Origin: an uncultured Candidatus Saccharibacteria bacterium | GTDB lineage: Bacteria > Patescibacteriota > Minisyncoccia > JAHISW01 > Tagabacteraceae | Reading direction: 5' to 3' | NCBI GenBank assembly: GCA_964601305.1 | Contig: CAZRMW010000003.1 | Location: forward strand, 3,116-67,115 | DNA: 64,000 nucleotides | Shown here: in pieces, positions 8,585-18,278 of the stretch | How the letters are laid out: every line of letters starts with the position of its first letter | Numbering within the stretch: the stretch's first letter is position 1 | Notes under the pieces: generated by a model | Seen by the model: the letters and a program-made list of their open reading frames with translations, nothing else | What the model was told of the DNA's origin: nothing | Databases searched by the model: none | Made by a program: the position numbers and the translations under genes

Positions 8585-9136
8585 ATGTTGATATATATTG
8601 CTCTTATTATTGTGGTTGCTGGTTTTTCTTTGATGTTTCTGTTGTTTGTTTTGGAGCTTGGCAAAAGATTGAGAAAGTTGGAAAAAGAGCAAGAAGAAAA
8701 TATTTTAGAACTTTGTATAGCGCCGGTAAATAAAAAAGTTGAAGAAATAAAATTTTTAAGAAGGATGACCTCCGGAGCCGTTGGCTACGATATAATAGCA
8801 AACGAAAGAGTGATTGTCCCTGTGGGGCAGTCAAAAACCATAAAAACAGGTTTTGCTACTGCTTTTACTGAAGGCTTTGAAGCAGCTATCAGAGGAAGAA
8901 GTGGGCTCGAAGCAAGATTTCACATGCTTAAACTTGGAGGAACAATAGACCCAGACTATAGGGGCGAATGGATAATTACACTTCTTAATTTGGGTTTAAA
9001 GCTTTATGAAATAAAAAAAGGAGACAGGGTTGCGCAAGTTGTTTTTCGCAAAGTTTATTTTCCAAAAATGAAAATAGTGAATAAATTACCAGACACAAAA
9101 AGAGCAGGAGGCGGATTTGGAAGCACAGGGAAATAA
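8585..9136 (+). CDS. dut: trimeric dUTPase with N-terminal hydrophobic helix
   Basis: motifs AVGYD, RSG, GTIDPDYRG, GDRVAQ, RAGGGFGSTG; SD GAGGAGG. Confidence 0.92.
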   Translation: MLIYIALIIVVAGFSLMFLLFVLELGKRLRKLEKEQEENILELCIAPVNKKVEEIKFLRRMTSGAVGYDIIANERVIVPVGQSKTIKTGFATAFTEGFEAAIRGRSGLEARFHMLKLGGTIDPDYRGEWIITLLNLGLKLYEIKKGDRVAQVVFRKVYFPKMKIVNKLPDTKRAGGGFGSTGK

Positions 9137-9332
9137 AACAAGAGAAAAATTAGACGCCATAAAAGGGATTGAGATCAGGTGTTTTAAATGCAACAAAATT
9201 ATCGGGAAAATTCAAAACGGGAGCTTAATTTCAAAGGGCGTTTCTTATATCTGTTATTTGTGTAGATCTAAACTAGAAAAAACTCAAAGAGAAGATTCTT
9301 TTGGATTTTTTGGTATGAAAAATCCTTTTTGA
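9117..9332 (+). CDS. small zinc-finger protein
   Basis: CFKC and CYLC pairs; overlaps the dut end; start uncertain. Confidence 0.5.
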   Translation: MEAQGNKTREKLDAIKGIEIRCFKCNKIIGKIQNGSLISKGVSYICYLCRSKLEKTQREDSFGFFGMKNPF

Positions 9333-9514
9333 CAATAAATACTCAGAAAGGTTTAAAAGCCTGCGGCTTTGTGTCGCGGTTTTTTTGTTTTATTAACAAG
9401 AAATGCTAAAATAAATTTATTTGCTATTGACAGATAGATAGTGGTATGTTAGTATTTAGGAAGACTTGAATCATTAAAAGCCCTAAACCTTTCGGGTCGG
9501 GCAAGGAGGAAAAA

Positions 9515-9670
9515 ATGGCTTTAAAGTGTCAGGATTGCAGAGGGGAATTGGATCTAGGGAAAGAAACTCAGGTAAAAAAAATTGAAGGAAGTTTTACTAA
9601 ATCAGTTGTTCCATGCAGAAAGTGTGGGAAATGGTATACCTTGCAAGGAGAGCTAGTGGAAGTGAAGTAA
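9515..9670 (+). CDS. small zinc-ribbon protein (51 aa, not in ORF track)
   Basis: MALKCQDC...PCRKCGKWY...; SD AAGGAGG; upstream TTGACA at 9427. Confidence 0.7.
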   Translation: MALKCQDCRGELDLGKETQVKKIEGSFTKSVVPCRKCGKWYTLQGELVEVK

Positions 9671-9678
9671 TTTCTCTT

Positions 9679-10764
9679 TTATTTTTTCCCTATTTTCAAG
9701 CTTTTATAACTCGTTTTTTTGACGAATTGAGGTTCGTCCCAGAGCCCTGCGTCTTGCAGGGCTTTTTTCATTTTTGCATTATCAAAACTAGTTCTTTCTT
9801 GCAAAACTCGTGTTAAATAGCCGTTTTCTCCAAAAACACGCTCTATATGCTCCTGGTCCATAAAGGCGTTTATAGAGCCCTGGAGAGCCTTTATTTGCTT
9901 ATTATTTTGGCTATTTTGCTCTTTTAGCGATAAATACTGGTTTATAAGGTTTTCCACCTCTTTTTCGTCTATTTTTTCCTTGTCTTTGGCATATAAATGC
10001 ATAAACATCGGGCATTTTTTTTGGTATCCACACCAGTCGCAAAGAGCCGATGGGGTAGGGATGAATTCCTCTTCTTTTCCTATTATGTTTTCAATTTCAT
10101 TTATAATTTCTAAAATTTCTTTTTTTGTGTTTTCTAAATCTTCGGGGTTTCTTTGTGTTTGGATTTTTTCATTATGTTTCAAAAAGTAGAGAGACAATTT
10201 TATGTTTTCGGGTTTTATATGTGGCCATTTTTTTAGTAGTCCAAGATTATAAATAGAAAGCTGAAGATCTTTATCTAATATATCTTGAGAGGGGATTCTT
10301 TTAGCAGTTTTATAATCTATGATTTCGTAAGTATCGTTTTTAGGGTCTTTGTCTATTCGGTCTATGATACCCGAAAGTATGTGCTCCTCTCCATTTTTTT
10401 CGTCTTTAATTGGTACTCCGAAGAAAGACTCAAGCTCTAGGGGATTGAAGTTCCAGGGGAGATTTTTTTTGTAAAAATTTTTTATTATAGTTACACCTTC
10501 TTTGAAGTGCGCATCTGTGTGTTCGGGTGGCAGGTTTTCTATTTCTTTTACCGACTTATACCAAACGTCGGAAAATATATTTATTAATTCATCGATGGTG
10601 GGGTAGAGGGGAGTGCGCTCAAATATACGTTTTAATATAGAGTGCACTATCGTACCAAAAACAGCCTCGACAGACTTCGGGGTTTTTATCTTGTCTAGCG
10701 TTTGGTATTTAAATTTTAGTGGACAAGTTTTATATGTATTTAGCGCTGAATAAGAAACTCTCAT
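9679..10764 (-). CDS. RecB-family PD-(D/E)XK exonuclease
   Basis: SYSAL..CPLKF, GIIDRID, IIDYKT, QLSIY, CDWC...CP. Confidence 0.88.
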   Translation of the reverse strand: MRVSYSALNTYKTCPLKFKYQTLDKIKTPKSVEAVFGTIVHSILKRIFERTPLYPTIDELINIFSDVWYKSVKEIENLPPEHTDAHFKEGVTIIKNFYKKNLPWNFNPLELESFFGVPIKDEKNGEEHILSGIIDRIDKDPKNDTYEIIDYKTAKRIPSQDILDKDLQLSIYNLGLLKKWPHIKPENIKLSLYFLKHNEKIQTQRNPEDLENTKKEILEIINEIENIIGKEEEFIPTPSALCDWCGYQKKCPMFMHLYAKDKEKIDEKEVENLINQYLSLKEQNSQNNKQIKALQGSINAFMDQEHIERVFGENGYLTRVLQERTSFDNAKMKKALQDAGLWDEPQFVKKTSYKSLKIGKK

Positions 10765-10970
10765 AGAAGTATCTTAGCAGGAGACTCCGATGCTTCGATC
10801 GAAGCAGGCTGTGGATAACTCAAACTAATAAACGACGCACAATATACCTTTTGCGACACTGGGCAAGAAAAATAAAACCGGCGGAGTGTGTTGCTACTAC
10901 CCTGCCGGCTTGCCTCGCTTGGCGAGGTTTGTTTTACTTTTCAACGATTTATTTCTATTTTAGAGGTACC

Positions 10971-11309
10971 CTAGGTACTCTCTTTTTCTTTCTTAAGTGC
11001 GCCTAACGGATATTTTCTACCGCTATGAAATTTTTTTGTAAATTTTCCAGGATCTCCAAAAACCGCTGAACATTGATTGCACTCAAAAACTGGTTTGTAC
11101 CTAGCAAACACCTTCCGAAGAGAGGGATCTTCTAAAATACCTGAAATTCTATATGCGGTGTTTTTTCTTTCTTCGCTTTCAATATCGTTTCCCTGATTAC
11201 CACAAACTGGGCAAACAAAATCCATATCTGCTGCAGTTTTCTTTTTTATTGGTGGGGATTTATATCTTATATTTTTTCCCCACCACGAAGGTTCTCCCAT
11301 TGGGCTCAT
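10971..11309 (-). CDS. hypothetical zinc-ribbon protein
   Basis: CPVC...CNQC; ATG at 11309 follows an AGGAG SD. Confidence 0.65.
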   Translation of the reverse strand: MSPMGEPSWWGKNIRYKSPPIKKKTAADMDFVCPVCGNQGNDIESEERKNTAYRISGILEDPSLRKVFARYKPVFECNQCSAVFGDPGKFTKKFHSGRKYPLGALKKEKEST

Positions 11310-11422
11310 ATTAAATCTCCTTTTTTCTGTTGAGTTAAATTTCTCAAATTCTAAAAATAGAGTAGCACACACTACCCCACTTTGTAAACGGAAAAATTTT
11401 GCTACTGAATTAATTACTGAAT

Positions 11423-11722
11423 TTATTCAGTAGCAGGAGTTGCGCCTTCAAATGTTGGCACTACTGTTTCTGGAAGCACTTCCCCGGTGTCTTTTATTCT
11501 TTCCATATTTTCTACAAAAGCTAGCCATATATAGTTATAAAACGCTCCCCACACAAAAGTTGCAGGCTCTTTTAGATAATCGTTCCAAATAGTTTTTGTG
11601 CCATTCCAAATAAATCCGAGATTGTTTTGAACAGTTTCGCTATTCCAAACACTTCTTAAGTCAATATTAAAATACCCCAAAACTACCACAGCGACTATTA
11701 TGATAAGAATTATTTTTATCAT
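11423..11722 (-). CDS. hypothetical membrane-anchored protein
   Basis: N-terminal TM, LGYFNIDLR. Confidence 0.75.
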   Translation of the reverse strand: MIKIILIIIVAVVVLGYFNIDLRSVWNSETVQNNLGFIWNGTKTIWNDYLKEPATFVWGAFYNYIWLAFVENMERIKDTGEVLPETVVPTFEGATPATE

Positions 11723-11742
11723 AGTTATATTATATCAAACTA

Positions 11743-13092
11743 TTATAAGTATGACAGTGGATTAAGATATGCTTTTTTGTCTGCTATTGGCACAATAGCA
11801 TTTTTGCAATTTATACTATGAGTAAATTTTGTTATTTTTACACCTTGTGTGGCATACACAGTAAAATGCAAATGTGGCCCTGTGGCATAGCCTGTGGCAC
11901 CGCTGTACCCAATTACTTGCCCTGTAGCTACACTTTGTCCTTCACTTACTTTTATCAATGACAGATGCGCATAAAGCGTAGAAAGTCCATTTCTGTGTTC
12001 GATTAAGACCCATTTCCCGTAGGAATAACATCCTTTTACTGCATCGGTGTTCCCTACACCTTTTATAACTCCTCCAGAAGCAGCTTTTACTTCCATACCC
12101 ACACTGGCTCTAAAATCTAATCCAGTATGCCCTGAGCCATTGTAAATTTGAGAGTTTTTTGTGGCAAATGGCGTGTTTCCAAAAAATTGAGTAATACAGT
12201 TTTTGGCTCCTCCCCCACCATCCCAACAAGATTTTGGTGAAGGGTCCGACATTGGCCACGTAAGCACACCAGAGCCAACGGAAGGCAAACTATTTGGATC
12301 TATTTCTATTCTTAATTCGGCTTCAAGGCTTTGAAGTTCTCTTTCAAAAGCTTCCTTTTTTTCTAATTGCTCGTTCCTTAGTTTTTTATAATTGCTTTCT
12401 TTATTTTTTGTAACTGTAAGTAAATAATTTTTATTTTTTTTGTTGTTTTCTGCAATCTGTTTTTGGTCTCCAAGTTTTACGGTAAGGGTTTCTAGATTAT
12501 TTTTCTCCTGTCTTTTTTGGGACTGTTTTTCTTCGTAAGTTTCTTTAAGCTCTTTTAATTCTTCAAGACCTACGTTTATGTCTTTTTGTAGGTAATCCAT
12601 TTGCTCTAAATTGCTAAAGAACTCAGACAAACTGTCGTGTTTTAAAAGAATTTCTAAAAGTGTCTGGGCTTCTTCCTCGTTTAACTCTCGAAGAATTTCA
12701 GCTAAAGAATCTTTGGAGGTTTTTATTTGGTTATTTTTGTTTTCTATTTCTATGCCTAGTTTTTCTATAGACAGCCCAGTGGCATCTATTTGTTTGTTTG
12801 TAAGATTTATTTCAGATTTTAGTTTGTTTGCAGTGGATTGTAGTTGATAGATTTGGTTTTTAAGAGTTTTAGATTCTTTTGTGGTTTTTGCTATTTCCTT
12901 TTCGTATTTTTCTATTTCCGCTTCTATTTTTTCTATTTCTTGCCCTTTGATATTTATTTTGTTTTGAAGTTCCACAACTTTTTCTTCAGAAAAAACTATT
13001 CCAACTGGGTAATCAAAAAAAATACCGAGCAAAAAAACGGCAATTATAAAAAGTATAAATTTGTTTTTATTTCGATAAAATTTCTTTTGCAT
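11743..13092 (-). CDS. M23 peptidase with coiled coil (EnvC/NlpD-like)
   Basis: HTGLD, LYAHL, GPHLHF; long coiled coil. Confidence 0.92.
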   Translation of the reverse strand: MQKKFYRNKNKFILFIIAVFLLGIFFDYPVGIVFSEEKVVELQNKINIKGQEIEKIEAEIEKYEKEIAKTTKESKTLKNQIYQLQSTANKLKSEINLTNKQIDATGLSIEKLGIEIENKNNQIKTSKDSLAEILRELNEEEAQTLLEILLKHDSLSEFFSNLEQMDYLQKDINVGLEELKELKETYEEKQSQKRQEKNNLETLTVKLGDQKQIAENNKKNKNYLLTVTKNKESNYKKLRNEQLEKKEAFERELQSLEAELRIEIDPNSLPSVGSGVLTWPMSDPSPKSCWDGGGGAKNCITQFFGNTPFATKNSQIYNGSGHTGLDFRASVGMEVKAASGGVIKGVGNTDAVKGCYSYGKWVLIEHRNGLSTLYAHLSLIKVSEGQSVATGQVIGYSGATGYATGPHLHFTVYATQGVKITKFTHSINCKNAIVPIADKKAYLNPLSYL

Positions 13093-14506
13093 AGTTTAGT
13101 CTTTTTAAGCATTCTTCTTTGCCTAAAATCTCGGCTACAGCAAATGGCTCCGGAGATTTTTCAAGCCCAGTTAAAGATACTCTAAGAGGCCACAATACAT
13201 TACCTCTCCCCTCTTTTTCTGCATATTCCCAAACAGCTTTTTTAATATTTTCTTTAGAAAAAGAAGAGCTTTTTGCTTTGGAGAGAAGCCCTATAAGTTT
13301 GTCTAAATGCTCTTGGGTGTTTTCTCTAGTATCTTTTTTCCACACAAGAGAAGTTGCTTGATATGGCGGAAGCTTAAAAATAAAATCAACGTTTTTGTTT
13401 ATATCTGAGAGGGTTGTAAGTCTTTCTTTTTCTAGTTCAACAATTTTTTCCCATTTTTCTGAATTATTTTCTGCAAGTTTTTTTTGCTCAGTATTTAAAT
13501 ACTGAATTACTTCAGTAGTAAGTTTTTTGGTGTTTTTTGTTTTAATATATTCTTTATTAAACCAATTTAGTTTTTCTATATTAAAAACAGCTCCACCTTT
13601 TTGCACTTTAGAAAGAGAAAATATTTTAATTAATTCTTTAATGCTTATTATTTCTTTGTTGTCTCCCGGGTTCCAGCCTAAAAGCACCATAAAATTAACC
13701 AAAGCTTCGGGTAAGTACCCCACTCTTTTGTATTCGTTTATGGATGTTGCCCCATGTCTTTTGGAGAGTTTAGATTTGTCTGAGCCTAAAATAAGGGGTA
13801 TGTGGGCGTATTTTGGAGGTTTTGCGCCTAGCGCCTTTTGAATTAAAATTTGTTTTGGGGTATTTGGAATACCGTCTTCTCCACGAATTACATGTGTTAT
13901 TTTCATCTTCCAGTCGTCTACAACAACAGCAAAATTATAAAGAGGCGTATCAAGATTTTTTGCTATAGATACATCGCCTATTGTATTTCCTTCAAACTCA
14001 ATGCCTCCTCGCACCATGTCATTAAATTTAATTTTTTCGTTTGTTCCTTTTATCCGTATAATCCCTTTGTTTTCGAATTTCGAATTTCGAATTTCGTGCT
14101 TATGTTCGCATATATGCCGAGGTGCTTCTTTGTTTGCCATCTGTTTGTTTTTTTCCTCTTCAAGCTCTTCTTTGGTGTGATTACAATAAAAAGCCTTCTT
14201 TTCTCTGAGAAGTTTTTTAATGTATTTTTTATAAATTTCTGTTCTTTCGCTTTGTCTGTAAAATTCATCATATTTTATTCCTAGCCAATCTAGCCCATCT
14301 AAAATATCTTCTTCAAATTCTTTTGTGGATCTTTCTTTGTCTGTATCTTCAGATCGAAAAATAAGTTTACCGTTGCTTTGGCGCGCAAAAATATAATTAA
14401 AAAGGGCTGTGCGAGCACTTCCTATATGAAAAGGCCCTGTTGGGCTAGGTGGGAATCTGACTTTAGTTCTCCCGCCTAGGCGGATAAATTTAAATAAATT
14501 AAACAT
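13067..14506 (-). CDS. gltX: glutamate--tRNA ligase
   Basis: RFPPSPTGPFHIGS, KLSKR; likely start 14506. Confidence 0.96.
   Translation of the reverse strand: MFNLFKFIRLGGRTKVRFPPSPTGPFHIGSARTALFNYIFARQSNGKLIFRSEDTDKERSTKEFEEDILDGLDWLGIKYDEFYRQSERTEIYKKYIKKLLREKKAFYCNHTKEELEEEKNKQMANKEAPRHICEHKHEIRNSKFENKGIIRIKGTNEKIKFNDMVRGGIEFEGNTIGDVSIAKNLDTPLYNFAVVVDDWKMKITHVIRGEDGIPNTPKQILIQKALGAKPPKYAHIPLILGSDKSKLSKRHGATSINEYKRVGYLPEALVNFMVLLGWNPGDNKEIISIKELIKIFSLSKVQKGGAVFNIEKLNWFNKEYIKTKNTKKLTTEVIQYLNTEQKKLAENNSEKWEKIVELEKERLTTLSDINKNVDFIFKLPPYQATSLVWKKDTRENTQEHLDKLIGLLSKAKSSSFSKENIKKAVWEYAEKEGRGNVLWPLRVSLTGLEKSPEPFAVAEILGKEECLKRLNYAKEILSK
14071..14096. repeat. in-frame heptamer tandem repeat (TTTCGAA)x3.7 inside gltX
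   Basis: TTTCGAATTTCGAATTTCGAATTTCG, encoding EIRNSKFE. Confidence 0.85.
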
Positions 14507-14507
14507 T

Positions 14508-15638
14508 TTATTTTGAATGCTCAAGAGCTATATTTATTATTTGTTGAGCTATTTTTCTAGCTGCGTCTGGTTTAGCAAATCCGCTCGCTGCCTTGCTCAT
14601 TTCCGTGAGCTTTTTTTTGTCGCTAAAAATTCTATTTATTTCTGAAAGTAAAACATTTGGAGAAAGATTTGTTTCCTCTATCACCTCACAGGCTCCTGCT
14701 TTGCTAAAGCTGTAAGCGTTTTCTCGTTGGTGGTTTTGAGCAGAATTTTTAATGGGGATAACAATAGATGGCAATCCCCAAGCTGATATTTCATAAATTG
14801 CAGATCCACCTGCTCTGGAAATAACTATATCGGCCACGCTTGCAGCACTTTTCAACTTAGAGTCGTCTAAGTAAGGATATAATCTGTATCTGTTTTTAAA
14901 TTCTGATTTGTTTAAAACTACACCCAGTCTTGATTTTGTTTCTTGTTCGTTTTTTACCCCACACTGATGTATTATTTGAAAATTTTTCACCAGTTCGCTA
15001 GAAATATCTACGAGGATATTGTTTATTTTTTGTGCGCCTTGAGAGCCGCCAAGTACAAGAATAGTCGGGGTGCCAGTTTCCATATTTAGTATTTCTCTAG
15101 CCTGTTCAGGGTTCGTTTTTAAAATAGTTTTTCTTACAGGAGTGCCAGTAAGGGCTACTTTTTCTTTTGGAAAAAATTTAGCAGCTTCATTAAACGAAAT
15201 TGCAATACTTTTTGCAAATTTACCTGCCCACTTGTTTACCTTGCCAGGGATGGTGTCTGATTCGTGTATAACAACAGGAATGCGAAAAATTCTTGCAGCC
15301 AAAATTACAGGAAAACTCGCATAACCACCTTTTCCAAAAACAACGTCTGGCATTTCTGAATAGACCATGGCCATTGCTTTAAAAACACCGATTATTGTTT
15401 TGAAAAAATCGGTAATATTTAACAAAGAAAAATACCTACGTATTTTACCTGCGTATATTTTTTTGTATACTATGTTTTCTATCCTTAGAAGCTCGCTATC
15501 GTATGGGGAATCGGACATAAAAACTAACTTTGGTTCTATAAGGCGCTCTTCTTCAGAGAGTTGATAAATAGCTTCCGCCGTGGCTATTATTGGGTAAAAA
15601 TGCCCGCCTGTGCCACCTCCTGTAAATAAAATTTTCAT
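14508..15638 (-). CDS. murG: MurG glycosyltransferase
   Basis: GGGTGGH, GGY, GGSQGA, HQRENA. Confidence 0.96.
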   Translation of the reverse strand: MKILFTGGGTGGHFYPIIATAEAIYQLSEEERLIEPKLVFMSDSPYDSELLRIENIVYKKIYAGKIRRYFSLLNITDFFKTIIGVFKAMAMVYSEMPDVVFGKGGYASFPVILAARIFRIPVVIHESDTIPGKVNKWAGKFAKSIAISFNEAAKFFPKEKVALTGTPVRKTILKTNPEQAREILNMETGTPTILVLGGSQGAQKINNILVDISSELVKNFQIIHQCGVKNEQETKSRLGVVLNKSEFKNRYRLYPYLDDSKLKSAASVADIVISRAGGSAIYEISAWGLPSIVIPIKNSAQNHQRENAYSFSKAGACEVIEETNLSPNVLLSEINRIFSDKKKLTEMSKAASGFAKPDAARKIAQQIINIALEHSK

Positions 15639-15640
15639 AT

Positions 15641-16729
15641 TTAATTATATTTAGATATATTTAAAACTATTCCAATTTCCATAAACGTAAGTGCTAGTGC
15701 TGTTCCCCCTTGAGATATAAAAATTAGAGGCAACCCGGTAAGTGGCATAAGGCCGACTATGGCAAACATATTTATGAAAGATTGAACTATTATCAGTATA
15801 CCAATTCCGGAAGCAAAAAGTCTACCAAACATATCTGGTGCTCGAGCACCAATAGACAGGCACTTGTAAAAGAAAAACAAGAACAACAAAACCAACGAGA
15901 GCGTACCCACAAAGCCAAATTCTTCACCTACTACAGCAAAAATAGAGTCACCGGTTGGTTCGGGTAAGTAATTGAATTTGGAAACACCTTCACCAAAACC
16001 ACTACCCCAAATACCCCCAGAGCCCATAGCAATCTTCACTTGGTTTATTTGGTATCCTTCACCTTGCAAGTCGTGGGAGCTATCTAAAAACACATTTATT
16101 CTAGACATTAAGTATGGCTTGGTATATAGAAGCGCAAAAATTACCAGTAGACCCAGAAGTATTACAAAAAATACATGAGAAATTTTTCCACCGGCAATGA
16201 AAAAGAGAAAAAGGCCCGTAATACAAATTACACCAAGGGTGCCGATGTCTGGTTGTAAAATTAAGGTTACACTTACAATTCCCAAAGTAATTAAAAAAGG
16301 CAGTAAGCCTGATTTAAACCTCCTAATCCTTCGCTGATTTTTAGACATTAAAGAGCTTAAATACAAAATAAAAGCAAATTTTAATAGCTCTGATGGTTGA
16401 AAAGAAAAGAACCCTAGCGAAAGCCATCTCGTGGCACCTCCGTGCTCAAAACCAAACTGTGGAGTAAAAACTAGAAGCATCAACACAAAACTAAAAAGAA
16501 AAATTGGTAGAGCCCAAGTACGCCATTTTTTATAATAAAGTCGGCTTGAAAATAAAAACAAAATAAGCCCTAATCCCCCACCTTTTAATATTTGATTTAG
16601 GAGTGTATTGTAAGAGTTTTTGTCTGTTCTTGCAGCAAGCCCTAAGGAAGCAGAAGCTAAAACAAAAAAACCAAAAAAGACCAAAGTTAAAGCAGTTATT
16701 AAAAAAACTTTATCATATTTTTTAATCAT
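15641..16729 (-). CDS. ftsW: SEDS family peptidoglycan glycosyltransferase FtsW
   Basis: GATRW, QPSE, QPD, LPE..D, PLIFISQGG; adjacent to murG. Confidence 0.93.
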   Translation of the reverse strand: MIKKYDKVFLITALTLVFFGFFVLASASLGLAARTDKNSYNTLLNQILKGGGLGLILFLFSSRLYYKKWRTWALPIFLFSFVLMLLVFTPQFGFEHGGATRWLSLGFFSFQPSELLKFAFILYLSSLMSKNQRRIRRFKSGLLPFLITLGIVSVTLILQPDIGTLGVICITGLFLFFIAGGKISHVFFVILLGLLVIFALLYTKPYLMSRINVFLDSSHDLQGEGYQINQVKIAMGSGGIWGSGFGEGVSKFNYLPEPTGDSIFAVVGEEFGFVGTLSLVLLFLFFFYKCLSIGARAPDMFGRLFASGIGILIIVQSFINMFAIVGLMPLTGLPLIFISQGGTALALTFMEIGIVLNISKYN

Positions 16730-18278
16730 CTCTTGTTTTTTTTCTAATCACTTTTCCTTCGGACGCTTTTGTTAGGCTATTTTCTGCAAGGGTTAATGCT
16801 CCATTTACAAAGACATAAGGAATACCATTGGGAGCGCCATTTATTTCAATAGGGTTGAAAACTACGATATCAGCAAAACTCCCTTCTTCTAAGGTTCCTC
16901 TGTTGTTTATGTTAAGAGTTTGAGCGGGCAACCCTGTCATTTTGTAGACAGCTGTTTCCCAGCGTAGATTGTTTTTGTTTATTACAAAATCTCGCAAAGC
17001 TTTTGGAAATGCTCCAAACGATCTGGGGTGTGGAGTACCTTGGTGTTGATGAATTTTGCTGTAGCCGATACCGTTAGACGAAACCATGGAATAAGGTTTT
17101 TTACTGAGAATATCTATATTTTTTTCTAAAACAGTGTTGTTAAAAATTGTAGCTCTAAATTCGCTAGTTTCTAGAATACTAAGTAGTGTTTCTTCTTCGC
17201 TAAGTCCAGTGTTTTGGCTTATTTGGTTAATACTTTTTCCAATAATTCTTTTTTGTTTTGCTGATGCAATAATAATTTTTTCGTAGTGCAAAGTAAGCGT
17301 TTCAAGGTGATCAATTAAGGCTTGTTTGTTGTTCTTGTCTTTTAAAATTTTTATTTTTCCTTCTTTGTTTTCCCTTAAAAACCATATGGGTAAAAATTCT
17401 GCCAGATTAGAGCCTGTACTTGTATAAGGGAAAAAATCACAGGATATTTTTAAACCCTCTTTCTGTGCTTGTCCTACCATATCGAGAGCTTTTTCAAATT
17501 CCCCCCAAGCTTTTTTCCCCAAGGCTTTTAGGTGTGCAATGTGGCTTTTTATTTTTGTTTCTCTCGCAAGGCTTATAATTTTGGAAACAGATGGTAATAA
17601 ATCGCTACCCTCGTTTGTTATGTGGTAAGAAACTAGAGTGTTTTTTTGTGCAACTGTGTTGAAGAGTTTTAAAAGTTCTTTTTTAGAATTTTCGTACGAA
17701 TATTGGGTGCCAAAATTTACTGAAAGTCCAAAAGAGCCATCTTCTAAAGATTTTTCTAAAAGGTTGTTTATTTTTTCCAACTCTTCTTTGCTTGCTTGAG
17801 GTTTGTTTCCTAAAATATTTTTTCTAAGTGTTTCGTGTCCAACAAATGTTGCAAAATTTATGCTTAGTTTTTTTTCTTCTACTTCGTCTAAAAATTCCTT
17901 CGTAGATTTCCAGTTTGTATTTATTTGAGACACATCGAGCCACATACTTAAAGGCTCCAAAGACTCCTTTTTTATTATCGGAGAAAGAGATGAGCCGCCG
18001 TGTCCGCCTATTATGGTTGTTATTCCTTGTCTCAAAAAACTTTCTTGAGTTGGCTCAGAAAAGATAGTCCAATATTTATCTGAATGAGTAGTAATATCTA
18101 TGAAGCCTGGAGATATGTATAGGTCAGTTGCATCTAGCACAAGATCTGCTTTTTCGTTTTTAAGATCTCCAATTTTTTCTATCTTCTCTTTTTTTATACC
18201 CAAGTCGGCTTGGTATGGCGCCTTGTTTCCGGTGCCATCTACTATAAAACCATTTTTAATTATGGTTGAATATTTCAT
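16722..18278 (-). CDS. N-acyl-D-amino-acid deacylase-like amidohydrolase (degenerate metal ligands)
   Basis: IVDGTG, PGFID, PHPRSFGAFP, KMTGLPA, ADIVVFNP; ATGA overlap with mraY. Confidence 0.85.
   Translation of the reverse strand: MKYSTIIKNGFIVDGTGNKAPYQADLGIKKEKIEKIGDLKNEKADLVLDATDLYISPGFIDITTHSDKYWTIFSEPTQESFLRQGITTIIGGHGGSSLSPIIKKESLEPLSMWLDVSQINTNWKSTKEFLDEVEEKKLSINFATFVGHETLRKNILGNKPQASKEELEKINNLLEKSLEDGSFGLSVNFGTQYSYENSKKELLKLFNTVAQKNTLVSYHITNEGSDLLPSVSKIISLARETKIKSHIAHLKALGKKAWGEFEKALDMVGQAQKEGLKISCDFFPYTSTGSNLAEFLPIWFLRENKEGKIKILKDKNNKQALIDHLETLTLHYEKIIIASAKQKRIIGKSINQISQNTGLSEEETLLSILETSEFRATIFNNTVLEKNIDILSKKPYSMVSSNGIGYSKIHQHQGTPHPRSFGAFPKALRDFVINKNNLRWETAVYKMTGLPAQTLNINNRGTLEEGSFADIVVFNPIEINGAPNGIPYVFVNGALTLAENSLTKASEGKVIRKKTRDD

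Noticed and set aside
9679-10764. Cas4 of a CRISPR system
   Set aside because: Stand-alone RecB-family nuclease with no array or cas1/cas2
6594-10818. Replication origin
   Set aside because: Only isolated single DnaA boxes; no cluster and no dnaA/dnaN
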